A stretch of 64,000 bases of DNA from Phycisphaerae bacterium (lineage in GTDB: Bacteria; Planctomycetota; Phycisphaerae; UBA1845; Fen-1342). Each line of letters starts with the position of its first letter. Position 1 is the first letter of the stretch. A model generated the notes under the pieces. It was not told the DNA's origin. It did no database searches and saw nothing but the letters and a program-made list of their open reading frames with translations. The position numbers and the translations under genes were made by a program. Of this stretch, positions 28,203 to 37,224 are shown one piece after another. The stretch covers positions 1 through 64,000 of the forward strand of contig CAXXWX010000003.1 in NCBI GenBank assembly GCA_963675745.2, read 5' to 3'.

Positions 28203-30214
28203 GGAATCACCGGCGCGGGCCGTATCGCACGATTTCGGTCGGCGCTGGAGTGGCGCTGCTTTCCGCCGGCGCGCTGTTGGGCCCGCTCATGTGCGGTTGC
28301 CACGACGGCCGGCCGGAGTGGGGGGCGCGCGACACGTGCCTGTATCCTCCCGCGCCCCAGACGCCACGCGTGGTGAGCCTGGGCACGTTGCGCGGCGCGC
28401 CGCCGCCGAGCGACACGGAAGTGCAGGTGGCGCTGTTTCTATTCGGGACTCAGCCGCCGACACCGCTGGCGCTGGCGAATCCCACGGGGTTGGCAGCCAC
28501 TGATGACGGACTGCTGGTTTGCGATGCAACCTTGCGAGCGGTGTTCCACTGGGACGCTGCCAGCGGCGAAGTCAGCGAACCTAGTTGGGCCGGCGCGGTG
28601 CAGGCACCGCTGGCAATCGACGTGGCGTCCAACGGTGATCGGCTGGTGTGCCACGACGGCGGCGTGTTGCGGATCGACGGAGCCGGGCATGCCGTACAAT
28701 CCTACGCGCTCGCGGACGATTCGCTTCGTCCGGGTGGCGTACTCGCAGTCGGCGAGCAGGTGTGGGTGACAAATCTCGCATTGCACCGGATTGAGATCTT
28801 CGACGCGGCGTCCGGTTCGCATCTTCAGTCAATCGGCAAGCGCGGCAGCGCGCCGGGGGAGTTTTCGTTTCCGCGCGGGATGGCGCTTACGCCCGAAGGC
28901 AACATCTGTGTCGTCGATATGCTGAACGGCCGCGTGCAAGTGCTTTCGCCGATGGGTGATTTCGTGCGCATGATTGGTCAGGCCGGCAACGTTGTCGGCA
29001 CGTTCGGCCGCCCGAAAGACATTGCCGTCGGACCGGACGGGACGGTGTTCGTCACTGACGCATTCTTGCAGCGCGTCCACGTGTTTGACGCGCGCGGTGT
29101 GCCGCTGATGGCCTTTGGCGAGCCGGGATGCGGGCGCGGCGCGTTGTCACTGCCGCACGGCATCACGATTGCGACCAGCGCGCCGCACACAGAGTACGAG
29201 CCCCCCGACGATCTGACGCCACAGTATTACGTGCTCGTGGCCGAGCAACTGGAGAATCCGGGTGTGCGCGTCTTCGGCTGGTTGGGGGCCGATGAGCCGG
29301 CACGGCACGCCGCACTCCCCTCGGGAGAACGGCTCGAATGGCAACCACACTTCCCGGACTCGGTCGCCATCAACCCCCATTGGCGGGCTGACCGTTGCAC
29401 AACGTGCCACGAAAGCCAGGGTAGCGGTCTTGTGCCGATCAGACCTGCGGATAGCGACGCGCTCTGCCTGTCGTGCCACGACGGCGTGCAGGCACCCGCC
29501 GACCCGCATCCCATCGGGCGACCGGCCAACACCGACCTGGTGAAGTCGCCGGACAACTGGCCCACCATCAAAGGGGCCATCGGCTGCATCACTTGCCATG
29601 ATGTCACGCCACACTGTAACAAGGCGGCCAAACGCCCCGAGACGAACTACGTGTTGCTGCGCGACTACGACCCGCGCGAATCGCTTGACTACTGCACCAT
29701 CTGCCATCAACCCGACGCCGGTGGACGCTTCAGCCCGCACCGACAGCGCGACCCGGGCGGCCAGGTGCGCGAAGAGGCGTGTTTCTTTTGTCACACGCGG
29801 AAACCCGAGATCCCCACAGACGGCCGGCGTCAATTCAGGCCCCACTTGCGCGTCGAGTCGTCGGACTTGTGCTTGAATTGCCACAGACAGCACTGGGACA
29901 TGTCGCCGCTGGGGCATGTGGACCGACCGGTGACGCCGGCGATTCGCCAGTGGATGTTGATGCGCGAATTGGCCCGCCAGAGCGACGCGTCGCGCGAGAC
30001 ACTCGCCAAGCTGGCCCGCGATTCGAGCCGCCAGCCGGCGCGCCTGCCGTTGGCCGACAACAAGGTAACCTGCTATACGTGCCATAACCCGCATTACATG
30101 GGCCTTTTTCCCGCCAACAGCGAGCTTGGCGCGTTGGCCCACAATCCGCGCGATCGCGCGGTGGCTCTGCGGACTGACTGGGTTGATCTGTGTTCCGAAT
30201 GTCACAATCGGTGA
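28187..30214 (+). CDS. NHL beta-propeller / octaheme cytochrome c fusion lipoprotein
   Basis: MCGC lipobox-like; YPPAPQTPRV; NHL repeats; CTTCH, CLSCH, CITCH, CTICH, CFFCH, CLNCH, CYTCH, CSECH. Confidence 0.88.
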   Translation: MSSSLGNHRRGPYRTISVGAGVALLSAGALLGPLMCGCHDGRPEWGARDTCLYPPAPQTPRVVSLGTLRGAPPPSDTEVQVALFLFGTQPPTPLALANPTGLAATDDGLLVCDATLRAVFHWDAASGEVSEPSWAGAVQAPLAIDVASNGDRLVCHDGGVLRIDGAGHAVQSYALADDSLRPGGVLAVGEQVWVTNLALHRIEIFDAASGSHLQSIGKRGSAPGEFSFPRGMALTPEGNICVVDMLNGRVQVLSPMGDFVRMIGQAGNVVGTFGRPKDIAVGPDGTVFVTDAFLQRVHVFDARGVPLMAFGEPGCGRGALSLPHGITIATSAPHTEYEPPDDLTPQYYVLVAEQLENPGVRVFGWLGADEPARHAALPSGERLEWQPHFPDSVAINPHWRADRCTTCHESQGSGLVPIRPADSDALCLSCHDGVQAPADPHPIGRPANTDLVKSPDNWPTIKGAIGCITCHDVTPHCNKAAKRPETNYVLLRDYDPRESLDYCTICHQPDAGGRFSPHRQRDPGGQVREEACFFCHTRKPEIPTDGRRQFRPHLRVESSDLCLNCHRQHWDMSPLGHVDRPVTPAIRQWMLMRELARQSDASRETLAKLARDSSRQPARLPLADNKVTCYTCHNPHYMGLFPANSELGALAHNPRDRAVALRTDWVDLCSECHNR

Positions 30215-30252
30215 GCCGGCCGGGTGCCAGTTCGCCGGCTTGGGAGAGTCGC

Positions 30253-31575
30253 ATGGTTTCGCATCGAGTGCCATTGCCAATCCTGCTGAAGGTGAGCACG
30301 ACGGCGGCCATCATCATCGCCGTGTCATCACTGACTCTCGTCGGCGGCTGTCCGGCGCGCACTGGAACCGATGGGCCCAATTCGCTTGTGTTCAACAACA
30401 GCACCGATCCCACCAATGGCGGAGCGCGCTATATCGGATCGAGCGCCTGCATCGCGTGTCATGCGCAGATCTGCGAGACGATCTGCAAGCACGGGCACTC
30501 GCACGCGCTAACCCCGACCGAGGGCCTCGCGCCGGTGTACTCGCCGGCCGGCACGCGCGCCGGCGTGCCTGATCCACCGGCCGGAAAGACATGGAGCGAC
30601 GTCAGCTATGTGATCAGCGGCTACCTGCTGAATGCGTTCTTTGTCGACGCGTCCGGGTTCATCATGACCGACGGCGTGGATGGTGTGAACACGCAGTGGA
30701 ATCTGGACTTCCCCGCCAACGGCACCGCCGCCGGTTTCGTCGCGTATCATCCCGAGCAGACAACGCCGTTGCCGTACGATTTCGCGACCTGCTTCCGTTG
30801 CCACACGACCGGCCCGCAGGCACAGGATCCCAACAACCCGCGATCCCAGGACGGCCGACCGGGCATCCTCGGCACCTGGGCCGAGGCCGGCGTCAGGTGC
30901 GAAGCCTGTCACGGCCCGGGCTCCTACCACGCGCCCAGCCCCCAGGCACGCAACATCTTCGTCGACTCAACCTCCAAAACGTGCGGACGCTGCCACACCG
31001 CCGGCGACGATCCCAACACCATCCTGGCGACCGATAGCGGCTACATCCGCTCGAACTCACAATACCCCGAGCTGCGCGCCAGTGGCGGGCACGCGCAGTT
31101 CAGTTGCATGGTGTGCCACGACCCACACGCGTCAATGGCCTATGACCAGGGCAATGGTTGGCGTAATCGCTGCAACGTCTGCCACACCGACAACAACATG
31201 GCCTTTCACAGCGGCCTCGTCTTCCGTTGGGGTGACTACGAAGAGGAATTGAGCTGCAAAAGCTGCCACATGCCGCTCGCCGGGCGCAACGGCTCAAACG
31301 CGTCGGTTGATGTGGTCGGGCGCGAGGCGCGCGTCGGCGACGTACACTCGCACATCTTCCGCATCGACGCCCAACACGGGCGTTATGCGGCCATGCTGAG
31401 TCAGGACGGAACCAGTGTCGTGAAAGACGCGTCGGGCCGGGCGGCGTTGACGCTGGATTATGTGTGTTTGCGTTGTCATCACGGCGCGGGCAATGCCTTC
31501 ACGCTATCAGCCGACGGAGCACCGGTGATCGCGCGCGGCATGCACGAAAACGCCGCCGCCGCGAACCGTGACTAG
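30253..31575 (+). CDS. Octaheme cytochrome c lipoprotein (c554/c552-like)
   Basis: VGGC lipobox; YIGSSACIACH, CFRCHTTG, GVRCEACHGPGS, CGRCH, CMVCHDPH, CNVCH, CKSCHMP, CLRCH. Confidence 0.9.
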   Translation: MVSHRVPLPILLKVSTTAAIIIAVSSLTLVGGCPARTGTDGPNSLVFNNSTDPTNGGARYIGSSACIACHAQICETICKHGHSHALTPTEGLAPVYSPAGTRAGVPDPPAGKTWSDVSYVISGYLLNAFFVDASGFIMTDGVDGVNTQWNLDFPANGTAAGFVAYHPEQTTPLPYDFATCFRCHTTGPQAQDPNNPRSQDGRPGILGTWAEAGVRCEACHGPGSYHAPSPQARNIFVDSTSKTCGRCHTAGDDPNTILATDSGYIRSNSQYPELRASGGHAQFSCMVCHDPHASMAYDQGNGWRNRCNVCHTDNNMAFHSGLVFRWGDYEEELSCKSCHMPLAGRNGSNASVDVVGREARVGDVHSHIFRIDAQHGRYAAMLSQDGTSVVKDASGRAALTLDYVCLRCHHGAGNAFTLSADGAPVIARGMHENAAAANRD

Positions 31576-31715
31576 CGCGGTTTCAGTAATGACGCGGTGG
31601 CTTACACTGTCGGGGTGGGTCGGGCGTCTCGCCCGACTTCGACGAAAGCAGTACATAGGCGGGCGGGACGCCCGCCCCACCCGCGTATGGGCAACGGACT
31701 GTTGTTGAAACCGCG
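31576..31715. mobile_element. MITE-like element (copy 1) carrying a REPIN
   Basis: Terminal inverted repeats CGCGGTTTCA...TGAAACCGCG; preceded by CTAG and followed by CCAG; near-identical to 42988-43120. Confidence 0.75.
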
Positions 31716-31767
31716 CCAGCCCGGGTCACCAGTTCCCGCACAGCAGTAGCGGCCAACCCGCACAGCG

Positions 31768-31794
31768 GTAGCGGCCGACCCCCGAGTCGGCCGT
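31768..31794. repeat. REP palindrome
   Basis: GTAG-CGGCCGAC-CCCCGA-GTCGGCCG; truncated copy at 31746. Confidence 0.8.
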
Positions 31795-31847
31795 AGAGCG
31801 CCCACATGGCCACCGCGCCCGCTCAAACCGCGGTCCGGCCCGCTGAT

Positions 31848-32285
31848 TCAACCCTCATACACAAAGTCAATCTTCACATCGACGCGCGGGTCGAGGCTCT
31901 GCTTAACCGGACACAACTCGGCGGCACGTTCGAGCCGCTGGCGGTTCTCCGGCGACAGCGGGCCACCGTTCGGAATCACCACCGTTACTGTCAGCGAGCC
32001 GATACGCCGTCGCGGGTCGGCGACCATCTCCTTTACGACGTTTACGCGTGTACCGCTGATGTCCAACTCGTGCCGCGTCGCGATCAGCCCCATGATCGTG
32101 ACGATGCAGGTGCCCAGGGCCGTACCGACCAGGTCGGTCGGCGAGAATGCGGCGCCTCGGCCACCATTATCGAGTGGAGCGTCGGTAGTCAGCACCTGCC
32201 CGGATGGCGCGTGCGTCGCCGAACAGTGCAGGTCGCCCTCGTACGTGATATCAACCTCAACCGCCATGTGCCATCTCCGATTCAA
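31848..32285 (-). CDS. OsmC family protein
   Basis: TTDAPLDNGGRG.AFSPTDL...LGTC...CPVKQSL; likely start MAVEV. Confidence 0.92.
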   Translation of the reverse strand: MNRRWHMAVEVDITYEGDLHCSATHAPSGQVLTTDAPLDNGGRGAAFSPTDLVGTALGTCIVTIMGLIATRHELDISGTRVNVVKEMVADPRRRIGSLTVTVVIPNGGPLSPENRQRLERAAELCPVKQSLDPRVDVKIDFVYEG

Positions 32286-32412
32286 TCGATTGCGCAGTAT
32301 TCAGGACACAGTATACCGGAGTTACGCGCGTAGCGAGCCGGCCGCACGGGTGTCATCTAAATTGCGGGGGGATACGCCGCTTATCGCTCTTGTGCAGCGG
32401 GCAGTGATGAAC

Positions 32413-32707
32413 ACTCGGCCGACGGGTGCGTAAGCTGGTCGAGGAGTATGATGCGACGCAGCGGCAGTGGCAGACGGCCGCTGACGTGAAGTTCGTCTAC
32501 CACGGCTGGCGGCTGCTGGTCGAACTCGACGGGGCGAATAGCGACGTGGTCACGCACAAATACACCTGGGGCCTGGATCTGTCCGGTCAATTGGGATGCC
32601 AGGCTTCCTTCTCCCATGTGGGACCGACCTCCGGTCGGTCATCAGGCCTCGACAACGCCGGCGGCATCGGCGGCCCCGTCGCACATAGAACACTCAGGCC
32701 ACTATGA
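32413..32707 (+). pseudogene. RHS-repeat core fragment
   Basis: LGRRVRK...KFVYHGWRLLVELD...KYTWGLDLSG...AGGIGG; no N-terminal RHS body and no RHS-CT cleavage motif. Confidence 0.75.
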
Positions 32708-32889
32708 CAGCTTCCGACGACCAGAAACACCTCTGCTTCTACGATGTCACCATCGACACAACTACGTCGCATCAAGAGCAGGCCGGCAAAGCCGGCCAGC
32801 TTCTCGAGCTCGAAAACACGTCGTCTGTCCCTCGTTGTCCGTCCATCGTTGTCCCTTGTTGTCCCGAACCCCCTGTTGGGTACGAGTGA
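32704..32889 (+). CDS. Small Cys-containing ORF, possible toxin-tip remnant
   Basis: ATGA/TGATG coupling with both neighbours; no recognisable motif. Confidence 0.3.
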   Translation: MTASDDQKHLCFYDVTIDTTTSHQEQAGKAGQLLELENTSSVPRCPSIVVPCCPEPPVGYE

Positions 32890-33497
32890 TGAAAGATACT
32901 GAGACGATACTAGATCCGTTCGTGAACGGCTTACTGGAACTGCTCAGCTCATCTGTCGATGAGTTGATTCAGTGCAAGCGCTTTGCCTTTGCGCTCGCCA
33001 TCCTCCGGAATCTCGAGACACTGAGCAAGCACGACGGTTGCCCCGAGCAACGGCGCGTTGGGCTGCGCGTCATTGAATTACGGCTCCAATTGGCGTTTGC
33101 CCGACGGGAATTCCGCGAAGCATGCGAGGTTGCAAGGATGGGTATTGCCGCCGCGTTCGGCGCCGATGGGCGGCAGTACTGGTACGTGGCCGATTTGCTC
33201 TACGCCCAGCTACTGGCCGGTGACGTCACGGGAGCCACGCGCACACTGACTCGCCACTGCCACGAGGCGCTGAGTACGCCGCGGGCAAACCGGGAGTACG
33301 TCGCCGCGCCGCTTCGGGCATTCGAACGGGCTCACGCACATGGGATTCCCCTCGACGATGAGACCCACTCTAGCATACGGATGCTTGTCGAGCAGTTCGC
33401 ATCGGAGCATTACCACAATGCGGTCGCTGACGTGGCTTCAACACTCGAAGTGGCAGCGATGGCCGCACACCGCGCTATAATGGCGGATGCCAGTTGA
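32889..33497 (+). CDS. Hypothetical helical protein, candidate orphan immunity protein
   Basis: ATG overlaps the upstream TGA; less GC-biased codon usage; flanked by RHS fragments. Confidence 0.55.
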   Translation: MKDTETILDPFVNGLLELLSSSVDELIQCKRFAFALAILRNLETLSKHDGCPEQRRVGLRVIELRLQLAFARREFREACEVARMGIAAAFGADGRQYWYVADLLYAQLLAGDVTGATRTLTRHCHEALSTPRANREYVAAPLRAFERAHAHGIPLDDETHSSIRMLVEQFASEHYHNAVADVASTLEVAAMAAHRAIMADAS

Positions 33498-33499
33498 TC

Positions 33500-33690
33500 A
33501 GTTTGCACTCGCTGGTGCAGCGAGAGCGGGTACGAAAGTCGGCTGCCACGGGTGTACGCAGGGCAGCGCGTTGCCGCCGACATCACCAACGACGGAACCG
33601 TCAACAACGGCGGTCTCGACCCGTTCGCCTACAACCGCGAGAATCGACTGACCGCCGTTGATCCGTTTGGCGACCGGGTTCTGCAACCGG
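33500..33690 (+). pseudogene. Remnant of a dockerin-like motif joined to an RHS YD-type repeat
   Basis: ADITNDGTVNNGGLDPF followed by AYNRENRLTAV-DPFG. Confidence 0.55.
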
Positions 33691-33691
33691 G

Positions 33692-35398
33692 TCAATACTC
33701 AAGGCGGGTGAAGTGCCGGGCGCCGATCACCAGCGCGGACGCCGCCACGATCGGGCCCAGGCACGTCAACGCGATGACCATTTGCCAGCCTTCCGGCGTC
33801 AGCGTGTTGGGCACGTTCACCGCGCTGCGCAGCTCGCGGATGCTGAGCATCAGCATGCCGAACATCTCCACGCCGACGAAGATCATGCTGGCGATCAGGT
33901 TGAAGCTGCCGCCCAGACCCGAGGCGATGCGGGCCGGGTTACGCTGGCCGAGCACCGGGTAGCGCGCCCCGAGACCGACCGACAGGCCGCACAGCCCCAC
34001 GCAGATCGACATGCACACCGCCAGGTTGACCCGCGACCAGAGCACGGGAAGTTCGAGCATGTGTACGGCGATGCCCATCACGACCAGCCCGGAGAGCCCG
34101 GTTACGGTCAGCGCGAACAGGAACTTGACGAGCAGCAGCGTCAGGCGTTCCAGCGGCAGCAATCCCAACAGCCACAACTGCTGGCTCTCCAGCGAGAGCA
34201 GCGGGTATACAAACCGACTGGTGAAGGTCGCCAGTATCAGGCTGACCGTGGTGAGGTTGAGGAAGGCGACCACAGTCTGCATGGTCGAGTTATGCACATT
34301 GATGGGCAGCCGATCGAGATTCAATGCGTATACCACGAGCAGCCCGAGCATGATCACCATCTGGGTCCACTGGGTGGCGTCGCGCGTGAAGGTGCGGATG
34401 TCCTTGAGCATGAGCATGCGCAGCCGGCGCGGCAGATACCAGAACATCATCACGCACATGGATTCGGTGATCCAACCATCCTTGATCACCGGCTGAACCC
34501 GGCTGTGCTGTGCCCGGTTGAACGCCTCGGCCCAGGTGCCGCCGATGAGATTCACGGTCAGCCATACCAGAAAGATGCCGTTGCCGGCCACCACTGACAG
34601 ATAGATCAGGCTGTCCGCGACATCGTGACGCAGCAGCGCGATAACGCCGCGCGCCGTCCAGGCGCTGGGCAGCAGGGGCGAGCGCGTAAACCCGAGGTCG
34701 TCGATCATGCGGCGCAGCCACTGGTCAGCGTCGGGTGCGGCCTGGGAGATTCTCCAGAACCAGACCAGAATCACGACAATCGCCAGGGCGCCCAGCCACA
34801 ACGCGATCGTCAGCGGCCGGCGTGGTGCAAACATGGCCACCAGCCAGGCGGCGAGGATACCCGCCGTCGCCGGTATCACGGCGAACCCCACGAAATGACC
34901 GGTGAACAAAACGTAGAAGGTCCAGTCGACCTGCTGCTGGTAGGCGACCGCCAGCATCATCGGAAAGCCCAGCAGCAAAAACGACCAGCTCGACAGTGCC
35001 AGGCCCTCAAGCCACTTGACCAGGATCACCTGGCGTGGTTCGGTGGGCATGGCGAGCAGGTGGCCGGCTTCCTCGCGGCCGTAGAGGCTGCTGAATGCCA
35101 GCACCGCGTTCGAGAACGCCAGCATCAGCCCGAGTATGAAGAAGAAGTGCATGAACACATGCTGCTGCGCGACAACGCCGATCAGCGGCCAACTGCGCAC
35201 CTGTTGCAACACCGCCAGCAGCAGCGCGTACAAGGCCACCCAGATCAGCGCCAACATGATCACGACGGCGAGCGTTTGGATGGGGGCGTCGCGCAACTGC
35301 TGGTCCAGCGCGTTGAGCAATTGGCGGCTCCGGCAGCGCAGCAACGTCCAGCCGTGCGCGCCGTTGGCGGTCAGGTTATCGCGCGGCGTGGTGCTCAC
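33692..35398 (-). CDS. ABC-2 type transporter permease
   Basis: Many TM helices; LLAMP...KWLE, KDIRTFTRD and SLESQQLWLL motifs; GTGA-coupled to the ATPase. Confidence 0.88.
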   Translation of the reverse strand: MSTTPRDNLTANGAHGWTLLRCRSRQLLNALDQQLRDAPIQTLAVVIMLALIWVALYALLLAVLQQVRSWPLIGVVAQQHVFMHFFFILGLMLAFSNAVLAFSSLYGREEAGHLLAMPTEPRQVILVKWLEGLALSSWSFLLLGFPMMLAVAYQQQVDWTFYVLFTGHFVGFAVIPATAGILAAWLVAMFAPRRPLTIALWLGALAIVVILVWFWRISQAAPDADQWLRRMIDDLGFTRSPLLPSAWTARGVIALLRHDVADSLIYLSVVAGNGIFLVWLTVNLIGGTWAEAFNRAQHSRVQPVIKDGWITESMCVMMFWYLPRRLRMLMLKDIRTFTRDATQWTQMVIMLGLLVVYALNLDRLPINVHNSTMQTVVAFLNLTTVSLILATFTSRFVYPLLSLESQQLWLLGLLPLERLTLLLVKFLFALTVTGLSGLVVMGIAVHMLELPVLWSRVNLAVCMSICVGLCGLSVGLGARYPVLGQRNPARIASGLGGSFNLIASMIFVGVEMFGMLMLSIRELRSAVNVPNTLTPEGWQMVIALTCLGPIVAASALVIGARHFTRLEY

Positions 35399-36243
35399 CT
35401 GGGATGCTCCTGGCGCATGGCCGGTGGCGGATCGACGCCGGGCGCCTCGTGCTCTTCTTCGGTGAGTTTCAGGAAAATGTCCTCGAGCCGGCCGCCATGC
35501 GCGGCCTGACGGCGCAGCTCATCCAACGTTCCCAGCGCGATCAGCCGGCCCTGGTTGATGATGCCGATGCGATCAGCCAGTTGTTCGGCGACGTCGAGCG
35601 TGTGCGTGCTCATGAACACGGTTCCGCCCTGTTCGGCCAGTTCGCGGAAGATCAGCTTGCAAACGCGGATGGTGCGCGGGTCGAGTCCGACCATCGGCTC
35701 ATCGACCACCAGCAGGCGTGGGTCGTGGATCAGGGCGGCGGCCAGCGCGACTTTCTGCTTCATGCCGTGACTGTACGTCTCGCTGAGCTGGTCGAGAAAC
35801 CCGTTCATGTCGAGTCGCTGCGTGAGGTGTTCCAGCCGCTCGCGCGCGCGCGTCTCGGGCACGCCATACATCTCGCGTGTGAAGCTGATGAATTCGCGTC
35901 CGGTCAACTTGTCGTAGAGGAACGGCTGGTCGGGGACGTAGGCGATGCGTTGCTTGGCCAACCTGGCGGCGCGACCCATCGCGTGACCACACACCTGAAC
36001 GGTGCCGGTATCGCTGCGCAACAGGCCGGTGGTCATCTTGAGTGTCGTCGTTTTGCCGGCCCCATTGGGCCCGAGGAATGCGAACACCTCGCCGGCGTGC
36101 AAACTCAGCGTCAGGCCCGCAACAGCCTGTTTTGTGCCGAACCGCTTCGAAACGTCGTCAAGCGCAACGATCGTCTCGCGCGCCGGGCTCATGGCGTCCA
36201 CGTTCGGGTTGGGGTTGCCTTCGTCTGACAACACGCTGATCAC
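35395..36243 (-). CDS. ABC transporter ATP-binding protein
   Basis: GPNGAGKTT, YSHGMKQK, VVDEPMVGLDP, STH. Confidence 0.96.
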   Translation of the reverse strand: MISVLSDEGNPNPNVDAMSPARETIVALDDVSKRFGTKQAVAGLTLSLHAGEVFAFLGPNGAGKTTTLKMTTGLLRSDTGTVQVCGHAMGRAARLAKQRIAYVPDQPFLYDKLTGREFISFTREMYGVPETRARERLEHLTQRLDMNGFLDQLSETYSHGMKQKVALAAALIHDPRLLVVDEPMVGLDPRTIRVCKLIFRELAEQGGTVFMSTHTLDVAEQLADRIGIINQGRLIALGTLDELRRQAAHGGRLEDIFLKLTEEEHEAPGVDPPPAMRQEHPR

Positions 36244-37151
36244 TCCTCGTTTTGCCAGGAATCAAGCACGGCCTGCTCGTAGCTCGCTTCGTCAAACGGC
36301 TCATCGACCAGCGTGAGTGTGCCGACAATCGGCAGATCGACTTCCTGCAAGAGCACACGTCCATCGTGCGCGACCCAGGCACGTGCCTCGGGTGCTTCGA
36401 CCACGAAGACTTCGACATCCGCGCCGGTGTGCGGGTGTTTGATAACTTCCGACCGCGTGACATGGACCAGAATGGCTTCAACCGACGGCCGCCAGCCGAG
36501 CCCGGGCAAAACTTGCGACAGCGGGTCAAACAGCCTGACCTCCCACGACATGCCCTCATAGAGACCGGGCAGCCGATCAAACGGGCGAATCACGTCGCCG
36601 AGCGTGCTGATCTGCTGGCTGTCGAGCAGAAACGCGCCCTCCATTTGCCCCAGCTTCCACTCGCACGGGAAGTCGCCAGAGAAGTACTCACCTCTCACAA
36701 TCAGGGGCATCGGCAGGCCGCGGAACTGAATCTCCAACTGGTCGGGATAGGCTGGAGTTTCGTAGGTGATTCTCATCTCCAGGCTCAGCGGCAGCGGAAC
36801 CGTGTGGCCCAGGTTGTGGGGCAATCGCAGGTGTTCGATGACCACCAGCGACCGAAAGTCGAGCGTCTGGCCGTACTTATGGGCGACCGTCCAACCGCGG
36901 CCGACCTCGTAACCGCCGGGCCCGAAGATGCCGTGCTGCACGCGGCGTTCCTGGCCGCTGCGCAGCAGCTCGGCGTCGGTTTTGGGCGGCGCGCCGGCAA
37001 GCCACTGGGGAAGATAGACTTTCCAGACCAGCGCGCCGTTGACGCTGAGCATGAACAGCAGACTCAGGATGCCGATCCAGCGGTTCAGCACGATCAATGA
37101 CCTCGTGGCGGCCTGAAAGCCTCTCCCGTTTTCATTGTACGGCGTCGGCAA
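36240..37151 (-). CDS. Hypothetical membrane-anchored protein in the ABC operon (start uncertain)
   Basis: N-terminal TM helix and beta-rich body; GTGA overlap with the ATPase. Confidence 0.75.
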   Translation of the reverse strand: MPTPYNENGRGFQAATRSLIVLNRWIGILSLLFMLSVNGALVWKVYLPQWLAGAPPKTDAELLRSGQERRVQHGIFGPGGYEVGRGWTVAHKYGQTLDFRSLVVIEHLRLPHNLGHTVPLPLSLEMRITYETPAYPDQLEIQFRGLPMPLIVRGEYFSGDFPCEWKLGQMEGAFLLDSQQISTLGDVIRPFDRLPGLYEGMSWEVRLFDPLSQVLPGLGWRPSVEAILVHVTRSEVIKHPHTGADVEVFVVEAPEARAWVAHDGRVLLQEVDLPIVGTLTLVDEPFDEASYEQAVLDSWQNEE

Positions 37152-37224
37152 ACAGGGGCCAATCTCACGTCACTTAGGTGGGTACGCGCGCGGAGGCGCG
37201 GTGGTTGCAGTGGGGGGGAGTCAT

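Noticed and set aside
30475..30492. Ninth heme site (CETICKH) in the octaheme lipoprotein, and CGCH at the start of 28187..30214
   Set aside because: Neither fits CxxCH; the second is the lipobox Cys.
31583..31826. Short duplicated ORFs (also 42995..43300)
   Set aside because: They are translations of the MITE/REP sequence.
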